Assembly: GCA_044229845.1 (NCBI GenBank)
Contig: JBGASG010000001.1
Coordinates: forward strand, 768,001-832,000
Source of the DNA: Candidatus Obscuribacteraceae bacterium
GTDB taxonomy: Bacteria; Cyanobacteriota; Vampirovibrionia; Obscuribacterales; Obscuribacteraceae
DNA: 64,000 bases
Direction: 5' to 3'
The position numbers and the translations under genes were made by a program. Positions 45,965-55,723 of the stretch are shown piece by piece (position 1 is the stretch's first letter; each line of letters begins with the position of its first letter). The notes under the pieces were generated by a model. It made no database searches. It was given only the letters and a program-made list of their open reading frames with translations, and was not told the DNA's origin.

Positions 45965-46948
45965 ATGGCAACCAACCGGCGCTTTGACATAGTCGAACTG
46001 AGCGAGCCCGAGTTGACGGCGATGATTCAGCCGGTCTTCGCGGGGCAGCGTGTTGAGTCTGCCGAGCTTTTGACGGGCGGGGTGATCAACACCAATTACA
46101 AAGTGACAGTTTCCGCCAAGCCGACGCCATATGTCGTACGGGTTTATGCTCGTGACGCGGATGCCGTGGAGCGCGAGGCCAAGATTACCGATTTGATCGC
46201 CGACACTGTGCCGGTGGCGCGCACCTTATATCGGGGAACGAGAGCGCATACATCTGATGCCGCACAGGGCGCGGGCAGCTATGCGATTGTTGAATGGCGA
46301 CAGGGCGTGGTATTACAAACGGTGCTCGATGCCGGCGACACGGCGGGCATCGAAGATGCCTTCGAACACGCTGGATCTGTACTTGCCGCGATCAGCAAAT
46401 ACAAATTTGCTACCACTGGTTTCTTCAACAAAGAACTGCATGTTGCGCATGCCTTTGGCGACGACCCCAGCGCTTATATGAAACAATGCCTGAGCAAGCC
46501 GGAAGTCCGCGAGCGTCTGGGCGACGAACTGTTCGAGGCGACCAGGAGGTTCGTAGAGCTGAAGGGCTTGCAGCTCTCAGCCGCGGGCGGCATGCCATGC
46601 CTTGTGCACGGTGATTACAATCCGCGCAATCTTCTAGTGTCACAGAAGAATTGTAGTGGTGGCAAAAACTGGTGCGTCTCCGCGGTGCTCGATTGGGAAT
46701 TTGCTCACGCCGGCACCGTGCTGTTCGACATTGGCAACATGCTGCGCACTCAGCACAAGTATCCTCAGTTGCAGTCACGATTCATCAGCGGCTTCACGGA
46801 AGCTGGTGGAGAACTGCATCCTGACTGGCAGCAGCTCAGTCGATTTATTGATCTGAACAATCTGCTTGAGTTTCTCACTGGTGATGATCGCAGCTGGGTC
46901 TATGACGAAGTGAGAGCTGGCATCAGTCGCACCATTACCAGGGAATAG
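45965..46948 (+). CDS. Aminoglycoside-phosphotransferase/choline-kinase-like protein
   Basis: GG.INTNY, LVHGDYNPRNLL, VLDWEFA. Confidence 0.88.
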   Translation: MATNRRFDIVELSEPELTAMIQPVFAGQRVESAELLTGGVINTNYKVTVSAKPTPYVVRVYARDADAVEREAKITDLIADTVPVARTLYRGTRAHTSDAAQGAGSYAIVEWRQGVVLQTVLDAGDTAGIEDAFEHAGSVLAAISKYKFATTGFFNKELHVAHAFGDDPSAYMKQCLSKPEVRERLGDELFEATRRFVELKGLQLSAAGGMPCLVHGDYNPRNLLVSQKNCSGGKNWCVSAVLDWEFAHAGTVLFDIGNMLRTQHKYPQLQSRFISGFTEAGGELHPDWQQLSRFIDLNNLLEFLTGDDRSWVYDEVRAGISRTITRE

Positions 46949-47207
46949 GCTGGCGATGTTCGGGAAGCTTACCCTGGCGCAGGCGCATGTTGCAGTATGC
47001 CGAACCTGTTGTGTCATCGCTCAATCTGGATAGTCCCAGAGCTGCAATAATCGCTGCAGCCATGGCGGAGATCATCAGCAAGATGCCGGTGGCCACCGCG
47101 TCACGACCGACCATCTCATTGCCGGTGAACGCGAAGAAAATGCCAACTACCATTAGCCCGACAAGAAGCTGTTTCCTGTAACAGGTTGCAATTGAACTCA
47201 GGTTCAT
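46935..47207 (-). CDS. Small two-TM membrane protein
   Basis: GAGG RBS, ATG at 47207, two hydrophobic helices. Confidence 0.55.
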   Translation of the reverse strand: MNLSSIATCYRKQLLVGLMVVGIFFAFTGNEMVGRDAVATGILLMISAMAAAIIAALGLSRLSDDTTGSAYCNMRLRQGKLPEHRQPIPW

Positions 47208-47352
47208 GAGAGGTTTCCTCGCAGAAGTGTAATCAACGCCCTTTGCTGCGCGTCTCGTTTGAGATATGCGGAACCGCTTTGGACACACCCATTGTCTGAG
47301 GCGGTTCTACCCCAGTCTTACAGCATGCAAGGTCAACAATACTGTTGACTCC

Positions 47353-47721
47353 TTAATGCTCAGTGCCCTTGTCACCATGTTCCTTCACATACTGGATGGT
47401 CACCTGTCCCAGCGCGGTCAACTGACGCGAGGCATCAGCGATTTCCACACCCAGTTCGCGGAGTTTTTGCTGATCGATCGACTGACCGATCAAGGTCGCC
47501 CCTTGCATCACCTGTTCAAGCCCTGATGCGATGTTTGCGAAGTTGGTGGCATCGATGGTTTCCTTTGCTTTGATAGCGCACTTGCCGATGATCTCAATTA
47601 TCTGGTCGACATCCTTGCGACCATCCTGGTCGAGGTCCAGCTGTTTCAGTTTTTCGAATCGCTCTTGCAGGTATTCGGTAAAACTATCGACTGCGACTTC
47701 CGTTAGCTTTCTTTTGAACAC
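47353..47721 (-). CDS. Helical hypothetical protein with one EF-hand-like loop
   Basis: GGAGG RBS 8 nt before GTG at 47721; DLDQDGRKD motif. Confidence 0.65.
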   Translation of the reverse strand: MFKRKLTEVAVDSFTEYLQERFEKLKQLDLDQDGRKDVDQIIEIIGKCAIKAKETIDATNFANIASGLEQVMQGATLIGQSIDQQKLRELGVEIADASRQLTALGQVTIQYVKEHGDKGTEH

Positions 47722-47743
47722 AGGTGATTCCTCCAACCTATTT

Positions 47744-47775
47744 ATTAGATAGCGACAGTAATTAGATAGCGACAG
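47744..47775. repeat. Tandem 15-bp direct repeat
   Basis: ATTAGATAGCGACAG at 47744-47758 and 47761-47775. Confidence 0.85.
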
Positions 47776-47823
47776 GTTGGAAGTTTACAGGGCGGAGAGG
47801 GCAAAAAAGTGCCAAGCTCAGCA

Positions 47824-47850
47824 GGAACATGTGACCAGACCTGTCGTCAA
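47824..47850 (+). promoter_or_regulatory. Putative ECF sigma-factor promoter
   Basis: GGAAC (47824-47828)-N17-GTCAA (47846), upstream of the secreted-protein gene at 47957. Confidence 0.5.
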
Positions 47851-47956
47851 CTGGTCCTAGACGAGTTGTAAGCTCGGTCCCCGGGCGTCCACCCTGGGTA
47901 TATCCCCCCATGTTATGTTGAAGCTGTGACCCGATTGCGGTTCACGGAGGTTATCG

Positions 47957-48550
47957 ATGACCGACATCCCCGGCCGATTGCGCCTTTGGCTGCTTTTTGC
48001 AGTGTCTCCGGTCCTGGCCCTGCTGGTCCTTTTTAGCGTCCCGTCGCTTTCTTCGGCAGATGACGGCAGCAAAATGCTGCAGGGCAGTGCCAGCGTGTCG
48101 GTTAAGTCCAAAACCCGGCTGTCACGCCAGGTCCAAGAACAGGAGGAAGAAACTCCTGCGCCGGTAACCACCACCAGCTTGATCATCCAGAACCCCCAGA
48201 CTGACTGGACCACGCCCACCCGCCCGTTCTGGATCCCCGGTCGCGTCTATACGACTGACGGCATGGTCATGGAGACTTTCAAAATCTCTCCCTGGTCTGG
48301 GAGAAAGAAAGCCTGGCGTCCCCCGCTGTCCGGCTATAACAACATGAAACTGCACCGGGGACTGATGTCGCACTGGCGCTCAGGTTGGGATGAAGCCTAT
48401 GTCAACGTGGTTCCGTTTGGACCGGCGGGTAACTTCTACTTCTTCCACGCTTCGCCGGACGGACCGCGAGGCTACATGGAATACATCGGCGAGGGCACCA
48501 ACGGATTGCCCAATTACAGGTACTGGTTCGCGTCAGCCGGACCGCAATAA
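47957..48550 (+). CDS. Secreted hypothetical protein, Trp/Tyr/Gly-rich
   Basis: GGAGG RBS; N-terminal hydrophobic signal segment. Confidence 0.7.
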   Translation: MTDIPGRLRLWLLFAVSPVLALLVLFSVPSLSSADDGSKMLQGSASVSVKSKTRLSRQVQEQEEETPAPVTTTSLIIQNPQTDWTTPTRPFWIPGRVYTTDGMVMETFKISPWSGRKKAWRPPLSGYNNMKLHRGLMSHWRSGWDEAYVNVVPFGPAGNFYFFHASPDGPRGYMEYIGEGTNGLPNYRYWFASAGPQ

Positions 48551-48597
48551 ATAGGGTATGCTTTCTCGCTAACTTCTTGTGAGTGCGAGGAATCGAC

Positions 48598-49878
48598 ATG
48601 CCGGCAGGCTCAGACACCGTAGTTATCAAAGGCGCCACTCTCATCGATGGTACCGGTGGCGAACCGCAGAAGTCTCGCAATTTGAAAATCGCCGCTGGCA
48701 AAATTCAGGCGGTGATGTCTGACGACGAGGTGAATGGTGGCGCATCTGGTGTGCTGGATGCAACAGGCTGGTATGTCATGCCCGGCTTGATCGACTGCCA
48801 TGTGCACCTGGCGCTGGACGGCAATCCTACTGGTGACTTGCGTGGACCGCATGCGTGGACGACGCTGCAGATGCTCAAGCATGCGCAGGACAGTCTCAAG
48901 TCGGGATTCACCACACTGCGCGATGTCGGTGGGCGACACCATTTGGAATTTTCAGTTCGCAACGCAATCGAGCAGGGACTCTGGGCGGGACCGCGTCTGG
49001 CTCTGGGCGGCAAACTGCTGTCTATAACGTCAACGGGCACCGAGTTTTTCGATGGTATGTACCGCGAAGCAGATGGACTGGACGAAGTTCGCAAGGCGGC
49101 GCGCGAACAAATTGCCGCCGGTGCGGATCATATTAAGGTCATGTCCACCGGTGCCGTGATGACACCAGGTGAGGAACCACTCTCCACCCAATACAACGTC
49201 GATGAGATGCGGGTGGTGGTGGAAGAGGCTGCGAAGTGCGGCAAGTATGTGGCGGCGCATGCGCATGCCGTGCAGGGGATTCGCAATGCGGTCGAGGCAG
49301 GAGTGCGGACCATCGAGCATGGCACCTTCTTGCAGGAAGACGAACGGTTGATGGCGACAATGGCGGAGAAACAGATTTTTCTGGTGCCGACGCTGAAAGT
49401 GTTTCATGACATGACCGGCGATGAGAAAACCGGCATTCCAGACTGGATGAAGGACAAAGCTAAACGGCTGATAGCCACACACCGCAAGAGCATCGAGCAA
49501 GCCATCAAACATGGTGTACCGATAGCGATGGGTACCGATGCCTGCACTCCCTACAACTATCACGGCGATAACGCGAAAGAACTCGAGCTGATGCGTGACT
49601 GCGGCATGTCGGCGATGGCGGCAATTGTTGCATCAACACGCGACGCAGCGCGCGCCATCGGCTGGGGAGCGTGGCTCGGAACGCTGGAAGTCGGCAAGGC
49701 GGCCGACCTGATTGTGTTGAAGAAAAATCCCCTGGAGGATTTGCGAAACATCAAGCGAGAAAATATCGCCTTTGTGATGAAAGGGGGCGAAGTGGTGGCA
49801 CGACCTTGCGAGTGCGCCGACTCGGTTCCGCAGTCGATATTGTCCGGTGCCTGGACGTGTTGCGGGGTGCCGTCATAG
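48598..49878 (+). CDS. Metal-dependent amidohydrolase (Xaa-Pro dipeptidase-like)
   Basis: MPGLIDCHVH, GFTTLRDVG, GAD.IKV..TG, AAHAH, TIEHG, GTDA, G.LEVGK.ADL. Confidence 0.93.
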   Translation: MPAGSDTVVIKGATLIDGTGGEPQKSRNLKIAAGKIQAVMSDDEVNGGASGVLDATGWYVMPGLIDCHVHLALDGNPTGDLRGPHAWTTLQMLKHAQDSLKSGFTTLRDVGGRHHLEFSVRNAIEQGLWAGPRLALGGKLLSITSTGTEFFDGMYREADGLDEVRKAAREQIAAGADHIKVMSTGAVMTPGEEPLSTQYNVDEMRVVVEEAAKCGKYVAAHAHAVQGIRNAVEAGVRTIEHGTFLQEDERLMATMAEKQIFLVPTLKVFHDMTGDEKTGIPDWMKDKAKRLIATHRKSIEQAIKHGVPIAMGTDACTPYNYHGDNAKELELMRDCGMSAMAAIVASTRDAARAIGWGAWLGTLEVGKAADLIVLKKNPLEDLRNIKRENIAFVMKGGEVVARPCECADSVPQSILSGAWTCCGVPS

Positions 49879-50579
49879 TGGCGCGTCATGTCGTATCGAT
49901 GGGTGGGGGCGGCTTCTCCGACGCAGGAGAGGTAACTGGATTGGAACGCTATGTTCTCGACCTGACCGGCAAGGTGAAACCAAAAGTGTGTTTCGTTGCC
50001 ACCGCCAGTGGGGACGCAGAGGGCTACATCTGGAAATTTTACGACGCGTTCGAGCGAGCGGGGTTGCCCGCGGCGCACCTGGGATTGTTCAACCGCGGCG
50101 AAGACGCCGAGATTGAAGAAACGATACTGTCCAGCGACGTGATTCTTGTCGGTGGCGGCAACACCGCCAACCTGCTGGCTATCTGGAACTTGCACGGCGT
50201 CACGCCTTTGCTTAAGAGGGCTTACGGTAGCGGCACGGTCATGGCGGGCGTCAGCGCCGGGGGCTTGTGTTGGTTCCAATCCGGGCTGACCGATTCATTC
50301 GGCCCTTCGCTCAGGTTTCTCTCCAATGGACTTGGACTTTTGCCCGGCGCGTTCTGTCCGCACCTGGACAGCGAAGAAGCTCGGCGCCGACGGTATCTTG
50401 AAGAATTAGTCAAGCACCGCATCAACGGATTCGGAGCCGACGACAACGCGGCGGTTCACTTCGCCGACGAATCGTTCCATAAGGCAATCGCGTTTCTCGG
50501 CAAGCAAGCCTACCGCTTCCGCATCGAGGGCGACACCCTGCACGAAGAAGAGCTGTCAGCCGATGTGCTGCTTAATTAA
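49878..50579 (+). CDS. Peptidase E (S51 family)
   Basis: MGGGGFS, TASGD, VGGGNTANLL..W, G.SAG..CWF, FCPH; GTG start overlaps the upstream TAG. Confidence 0.9.
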   Translation: MARHVVSMGGGGFSDAGEVTGLERYVLDLTGKVKPKVCFVATASGDAEGYIWKFYDAFERAGLPAAHLGLFNRGEDAEIEETILSSDVILVGGGNTANLLAIWNLHGVTPLLKRAYGSGTVMAGVSAGGLCWFQSGLTDSFGPSLRFLSNGLGLLPGAFCPHLDSEEARRRRYLEELVKHRINGFGADDNAAVHFADESFHKAIAFLGKQAYRFRIEGDTLHEEELSADVLLN

Positions 50580-51902
50580 GTTGGCGAGGTCGCCGGCTTC
50601 GCGTTCGATGGTCGCTTTGTCGGGACCTTCCATCATGACGCGGGCGAGGTTCTCGGTGCCGGAGTAACGGACGAGCAGGCGTCCCTTTTCGGCGAATTGC
50701 CTTTCGATGGCGTCGATCGCGTCCTTGATGGGAGGTATGGTCTCCAGCGGTGGTTTGCTCGATACGCGAACGTTGACGATCACCTGCGGATAGCGAGTGA
50801 AGCTCTTGGTCAACTCGGACATGCTCTTTCCAGACTCGGTGATCACGCGCAGGATTTCCAGTGCGGTGATTATCCCATCGCCTGCCAGGCTGATTTCCGG
50901 GAAGATGATGTGACCTGACTGTTCCCCGCCGATGCTACCGCCACCGTTGAGCAGTTCTTCCAACACATACTTGTCGCCGACTGGAGTGCGCGTCAGCTTG
51001 ATGTTTCTTTCCGTGAGCGCCAGCTCCAGTCCGATGTTGCTCATCACTGTAGCCACCACTCGCCGACCGGCCAGTTTGTTGTGCGAGTCGAGGTATTCGG
51101 CCATCACGAAGAGCACCTGGTCGCCGTCGATCAAGTTGCCTTGCGCATCGACGAGCAGCAGGCGGTCGGCGTCGCCGTCGAATGCAAGACCCAGATCAGC
51201 TTTGTGCTCGACGACTGCTTTCTGCAAATGTTTGGGATGCAGGGAGCCGCATTCGAGATTGATGTTGCGTCCATTCGGCTCTACGTTGATAGCATGGATA
51301 GTGGCACCCAGTTTTTTCAACAATTTGGGCGCCAGCTCGTATGAGGCACCATTAGCGCAGTCGACCACCAGAGTCAGTTTGCTCAAATCCAGGCCGGCTG
51401 CGATTTCTTCATGAAGAAACGCCAGGTACTTTTCCTTCAAGTCGGGATCGCGCGCACATCCTGCTGCGTCGGTGACTTGAGGAAACTGGCTGGCGTCTGC
51501 TTTCAGATCTCGCTCGATGGCCTGTTCGGTGGCATCGTCCAGTTTTCGTCCGGAGGCATCGAATACTTTGATGCCGTTGTCTTCATAAGGGTTGTGAGAG
51601 GCGGAGACGACGACGCCGGCATCGGCTTTCAATGCACGGGTGAGAAATGCGACGCCGGGAGTGGTGATGACGCCGGAGGACAAGACTTGCGCGCCTGCGG
51701 TGCCGGCGCCGCGGGCTATGGCCGCCTCGATCCACTCGCCTGACTCGCGGGTGTCGCCGCCGATGACGATCTGGGGAGCCCGGTTAAGCTTCGCTTTAAG
51801 TTGGATAGCCAATGAATAGCCGATGCGCTCTATTGTCGGCTGGTCCAGCGGAAACACTCCTGCCTTGCCGCGAATGCCGTCTGTCCCGAAAAACTCGCCC
51901 AT
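50556..51902 (-). CDS. glmM: Phosphoglucosamine mutase
   Basis: FGTDGIRG, SASHNPYEDNGIK, DGDADR, GGEQSGH, RYSGTE. Confidence 0.97.
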   Translation of the reverse strand: MGEFFGTDGIRGKAGVFPLDQPTIERIGYSLAIQLKAKLNRAPQIVIGGDTRESGEWIEAAIARGAGTAGAQVLSSGVITTPGVAFLTRALKADAGVVVSASHNPYEDNGIKVFDASGRKLDDATEQAIERDLKADASQFPQVTDAAGCARDPDLKEKYLAFLHEEIAAGLDLSKLTLVVDCANGASYELAPKLLKKLGATIHAINVEPNGRNINLECGSLHPKHLQKAVVEHKADLGLAFDGDADRLLLVDAQGNLIDGDQVLFVMAEYLDSHNKLAGRRVVATVMSNIGLELALTERNIKLTRTPVGDKYVLEELLNGGGSIGGEQSGHIIFPEISLAGDGIITALEILRVITESGKSMSELTKSFTRYPQVIVNVRVSSKPPLETIPPIKDAIDAIERQFAEKGRLLVRYSGTENLARVMMEGPDKATIEREAGDLANLIKQHIG

Positions 51903-52014
51903 GAACTTAATTGCGCCCCATAACAACCTGCAAATGCCCCGTCCGAAGCCGGAGCTAAGCCGTATTCTAACAAGTTGACAAGTTATTCGCGGGTGGGCGC
52001 AGGCTAGAGGTTTC

Positions 52015-53160
52015 TCAGACCAGAGCCTTGCGCAGCTTGGGATCGCGCAGCTTCCAGATGGCTGAATCGGTCAGAAAGTGATGCAGGTTGATGACACAGA
52101 ACACGGTGGCGAAGCACAGGGTGTAGTCGAAACCGAATTCCTGCAACAATCGCGGCAGCCCCACATATAGAAATATGGCGCCCAGGAGAAGAAACCCCAT
52201 ATAGCGCATGCCGGAACTCTGCTGCAGAAGTTTGAACAAGTCTCCAGCGGGCAGCCCATCGGCTTGCTTGTGCTCTTTCAGATAATGGGCGCCGGCGATG
52301 ACCACGTACTGGCTGCCGTGAAACAGCGCGGGAACGTAGAGCCACAAAAAACCGGATGCCTCTTTTCCAACTGTGAATATCAAAACGCCGGTCGCCAGCA
52401 TCAGCATCGCTGGTAGTGGCATCAGTTGACGTTCGACGATCAGTTTTCGTGTGACCATCACCACCAGCGCCAGCACACTGATCTCCAGAGAAATGGTGGC
52501 ACAGGCGAACACCCACGGTGGCAGTTGGAGAATGCGGGGAATCTCCAGCGCGAGAAATCCGTTGGCGGACCACTCGTGGAAGGTCAGCTGGCGCACGATG
52601 GCGAAAGCGGCTGTCGCGTTCATAAGCAGCCAGATGACGCGCTTTTCCAGGTCTTTCAGTTTGTAGTTGTTCTTAAAACAATAGAGCAGCACCATCCCAT
52701 AGGTTTGGGCGGTGAAGTGTTGCACGACCCAGATCAGATAGATCTTAGCCAGGTAAGGCGTCATACCCTTGACGAACAGCGCAGTCATGCCCAGGGCGGC
52801 GAAACCAAGGGCCGCCCAGTGCGTGTATTTGCTGTACTGACGCCTGGTTTCCGGTGTGCGGTAGGCGCGGACCAGGGTGGCGACGGTGTGTGTCTCGCTG
52901 AAGCAGTGGGTGAGGATTATGCCGAAGACGACCATCATCTGGGTGAGCGCCACGTTCTTTGTGGGCGCAATCAGAAAATAGTGCACCGCGAAAACTGCCC
53001 AAACCAATCCGCCGCAACATAAGAGCATGTCGATGGCGGGGTGCAGAATCCAACCGTATGGTTTGGATCCGGATCTAGATTCTGCACCGACCGCCGTCTC
53101 GGCGTTGCCGGCTGATCCCAGTGGGGAGTCGGCTGAGCCAAGAGCTATCGACTGTGACAT
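52015..53160 (-). CDS. Multi-pass membrane protein with His motifs (putative membrane metalloenzyme)
   Basis: About 9-10 TM segments with H..AT..R.Y, QHF.AQ.YG, FHGSQY, LHHFLTD..IWKLRDP. Confidence 0.7.
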   Translation of the reverse strand: MSQSIALGSADSPLGSAGNAETAVGAESRSGSKPYGWILHPAIDMLLCCGGLVWAVFAVHYFLIAPTKNVALTQMMVVFGIILTHCFSETHTVATLVRAYRTPETRRQYSKYTHWAALGFAALGMTALFVKGMTPYLAKIYLIWVVQHFTAQTYGMVLLYCFKNNYKLKDLEKRVIWLLMNATAAFAIVRQLTFHEWSANGFLALEIPRILQLPPWVFACATISLEISVLALVVMVTRKLIVERQLMPLPAMLMLATGVLIFTVGKEASGFLWLYVPALFHGSQYVVIAGAHYLKEHKQADGLPAGDLFKLLQQSSGMRYMGFLLLGAIFLYVGLPRLLQEFGFDYTLCFATVFCVINLHHFLTDSAIWKLRDPKLRKALV

Positions 53161-53948
53161 ACCAGCTCTGCCCTTTCTGATTTGTCTTCGGATGAAGTGC
53201 TTTCGAACGCTCGATCGAGTGCCACTATGAAATGAGCCATTTCTTCCGGTGTCGGATCCGGTCTGTTGTACCAGCTGGGTTCCGCCACGGTCGTGGTTGC
53301 CACCACGGGCAGGGACTCGGATACTGTGATTGCGTTTGCGGAAACCGGCGTACGGCGGGCAACTCTGCGCACCGCATTTTCGGAGGCACTGCACCCGCCT
53401 TTGCTGGAAGCCGTGTTTTTCATGTCGTCATTACTGGCGCCGAACAACTTAGTCTGCACTAGGACCTGGCGACCGGAAATGCACATGACGAATTCCGTCC
53501 AGAAGCGACGGCTCATCCAGAGGCTAATTGCGACCCCAGCCAATGTCATCAACGAAGGCCCATAGACGAGAGCCGAGGCCATTAAGCAGCACGTGTTGAA
53601 GTGGAACAGCAGCTTCATGCTGTTTTTCAGTGACTTGACGGTCTTGCTGCGCGCTGGTTCAGGTAGCATTCTGATCGCCAGCGCGAAGAACGTAACACCG
53701 GCGAGCAGACCAACCATCGTCGGCATGGTGAAGAAGTTAGGCGCAGACTGAGCGGCGCTGTTAATCACGGTTGCTTCAATAAAAGATGGATCTCCAATTC
53801 CGCACCCGACTCGAACAATTGTTGCTTCGCTCATGTTTTGCGAAGAAACGGTCGTCAGCGCATTTTGTGCATGCGCGGCGATGTCCGAGCTTCCAGACAG
53901 AAGCGCAGCACAAAGTGCGCTCCCTGAGAGCTTCGTGAACTTATTCAT
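53145..53948 (-). CDS. Exported/membrane hypothetical protein
   Basis: GAGG RBS; signal peptide ending AHA; VGCGIGDPSF; about three TM segments; 16-nt overlap with the next gene. Confidence 0.65.
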   Translation of the reverse strand: MNKFTKLSGSALCAALLSGSSDIAAHAQNALTTVSSQNMSEATIVRVGCGIGDPSFIEATVINSAAQSAPNFFTMPTMVGLLAGVTFFALAIRMLPEPARSKTVKSLKNSMKLLFHFNTCCLMASALVYGPSLMTLAGVAISLWMSRRFWTEFVMCISGRQVLVQTKLFGASNDDMKNTASSKGGCSASENAVRRVARRTPVSANAITVSESLPVVATTTVAEPSWYNRPDPTPEEMAHFIVALDRAFESTSSEDKSERAELVCHSR

Positions 53949-54036
53949 GCGTAGTTCCTCTTATGAGGCGGCGGCAGGAATTCCTGCCACATTTGTAGTA
54001 AGTGCCTTCATGTTAGGGGGAAACTCAGCGGTTTTC

Positions 54037-54429
54037 CTATGGGGAAAATCCTGGATCGCGTGGCAAGTCTCCGAGAACTCGGGCAAGTTCTTCGATACTG
54101 GTTGGTGGCGTTTCTTCCAGATACCTACATATGGCGTTGACCAGGCTGGAGAATCGATCTGGATCCATTGCCGAGAGTTGCGACTTATTCAGCATGCGAA
54201 TCGCTGTCAGTTCATCGGCGGACTCTGTGTCAGCGTGTATCAACAAGTAGTCTTTGCCGCCGATGTTGACGTTGTAGCGTACTAAAAACGATCCCGTCGC
54301 CAGCGACTCCATGTCTTGCAACTCCAGTTCGACACCGCGGTCTGTCAGCCTGCGCGCCATGATGGCAATCACCTTGCCGCCTTTGATCGGGCGACCTTGC
54401 AATTCCAGCTGCCACTTCAGTTGGGGCAT
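54037..54429 (-). CDS. Hypothetical protein
   Basis: 130-aa ATG ORF, co-oriented 20 nt downstream of the ACT gene. Confidence 0.6.
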   Translation of the reverse strand: MPQLKWQLELQGRPIKGGKVIAIMARRLTDRGVELELQDMESLATGSFLVRYNVNIGGKDYLLIHADTESADELTAIRMLNKSQLSAMDPDRFSSLVNAICRYLEETPPTSIEELARVLGDLPRDPGFSP

Positions 54430-54448
54430 GATGGCGGCGCGGCGCGGA

Positions 54449-55093
54449 CTAAACTTGCAGAGCCGCGCTCAACTTGGCACCATCAGCTTCTTTGATCTGG
54501 ATGGTGACAAGTTCTTCTTCGCTGATGCGATCCAATTCTTTTTGCAAGTCCGGTTTGCGTATCGCAGAAGGCACAGCCAGGGTGGCTTGCATTTTGAACA
54601 GCGGCGTGCCGGTCTCCGGTGCGTGCACCACTTCTGTCTCCATGCTCTGAATGTTGATGGAGCGGTCGCGCAACAATTGCGCCACTTTGTAAACGATACC
54701 TTCGTGATCGGCGCCTTCCAGCGTAATGTGATACCACGAGTGACCGGCGAAACGATCCGAGATGGCCGGTTTGGTGCTTTTAGTGGTGACGGTGATGCCT
54801 TCTTTCTGGAGGGCGCTCAAATCCTTATTGAGGGCATCCAGTTTGGCGGCGTCAGCGGAAATCAATACGATGGCGGCGAACTCTCCGCCGAGGATAGCCA
54901 TGCGGCTTTCTTCGAGATTGGATTCGTGCTTGACGAGCACTTCAGTCAGTCGGGCGACGATACCGGGGCGGTCTTCACCGACAACGGTGAGTAAATATTT
55001 GCTCTGCACTTGCTGGCATCCTGCTTGGCTGGGGGGACCTATTTTAGCAACATTATCAACCGTGGGTGATGCACTGGTCGAAGGTGTCGCCAC
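54449..55093 (-). CDS. Double-ACT-domain protein (GcvR-like)
   Basis: TVVGEDRPGIVA...NLEESRMA.LGGEFA and G.DHEGIV..V...L....INI; start uncertain. Confidence 0.88.
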   Translation of the reverse strand: MATPSTSASPTVDNVAKIGPPSQAGCQQVQSKYLLTVVGEDRPGIVARLTEVLVKHESNLEESRMAILGGEFAAIVLISADAAKLDALNKDLSALQKEGITVTTKSTKPAISDRFAGHSWYHITLEGADHEGIVYKVAQLLRDRSINIQSMETEVVHAPETGTPLFKMQATLAVPSAIRKPDLQKELDRISEEELVTIQIKEADGAKLSAALQV

Positions 55094-55508
55094 CGAGATC
55101 CACTTTGATTTGTTCTTTGTCTACGTGCACGGCTTCCAGTTTCGACTTCAGCAAAAGAAACGAACCGGAGATGGTGCGATCGCCATCAAAGGTCATGGAG
55201 AAACCGTCGTTGAATACCGCGTAGGAACCGGTGATTTCGCGGGGAAGTGAGATCTTCATGCCGACGGTGGAGACCACCATCGGTTCGGCGCTGTTGTGGA
55301 ACTTGCCACCATCAGCGGTGGGGCTGAAGATAATGTCGCCGCGCCTTCCCAGGGTGGCAAAATCATTTTCGGAAAGTGGGAAGCCGAACAAGTGCGACAT
55401 TTCCGATAGCGGTGCGCCACCGCCGCCGTTTTTATGCAACCTGTGTACGGTGTCGATCGCGTGCAATGCAATCGAATGCAGTGCATCATTGCGATAGCAC
55501 TGAGGCAT
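55056..55508 (-). CDS. Hypothetical beta-rich protein
   Basis: AGGAG RBS, ATG at 55508. Confidence 0.6.
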   Translation of the reverse strand: MPQCYRNDALHSIALHAIDTVHRLHKNGGGGAPLSEMSHLFGFPLSENDFATLGRRGDIIFSPTADGGKFHNSAEPMVVSTVGMKISLPREITGSYAVFNDGFSMTFDGDRTISGSFLLLKSKLEAVHVDKEQIKVDLGGDTFDQCITHG

Positions 55509-55723
55509 ATGGACTCCTTGCTGCCGAGACTCTATGCAGCTGATCATACAGCCTTGACAGCTTCAAATCAGGCTGTGATTGGTCGCGCCGGCGATAATGT
55601 AGCTCATGTATGACAACGTAGCCGAATTAAGAGAATTGGGATATGTTGATTAATAGGGATACTTGTGCGAACTTGGAGAGTGAAACCGGCTGGCTCTTCC
55701 GGCATTGAGGACAAGTCTTAAAA

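Noticed and set aside
45965..46948. Acquired aminoglycoside-resistance gene
   Set aside because: Only generic kinase-like motifs are present, with no mobile-element context; the substrate cannot be inferred.
47744..47775. Mini-CRISPR array
   Set aside because: Only two 15-bp copies with a 2-nt gap, no spacers and no cas genes.
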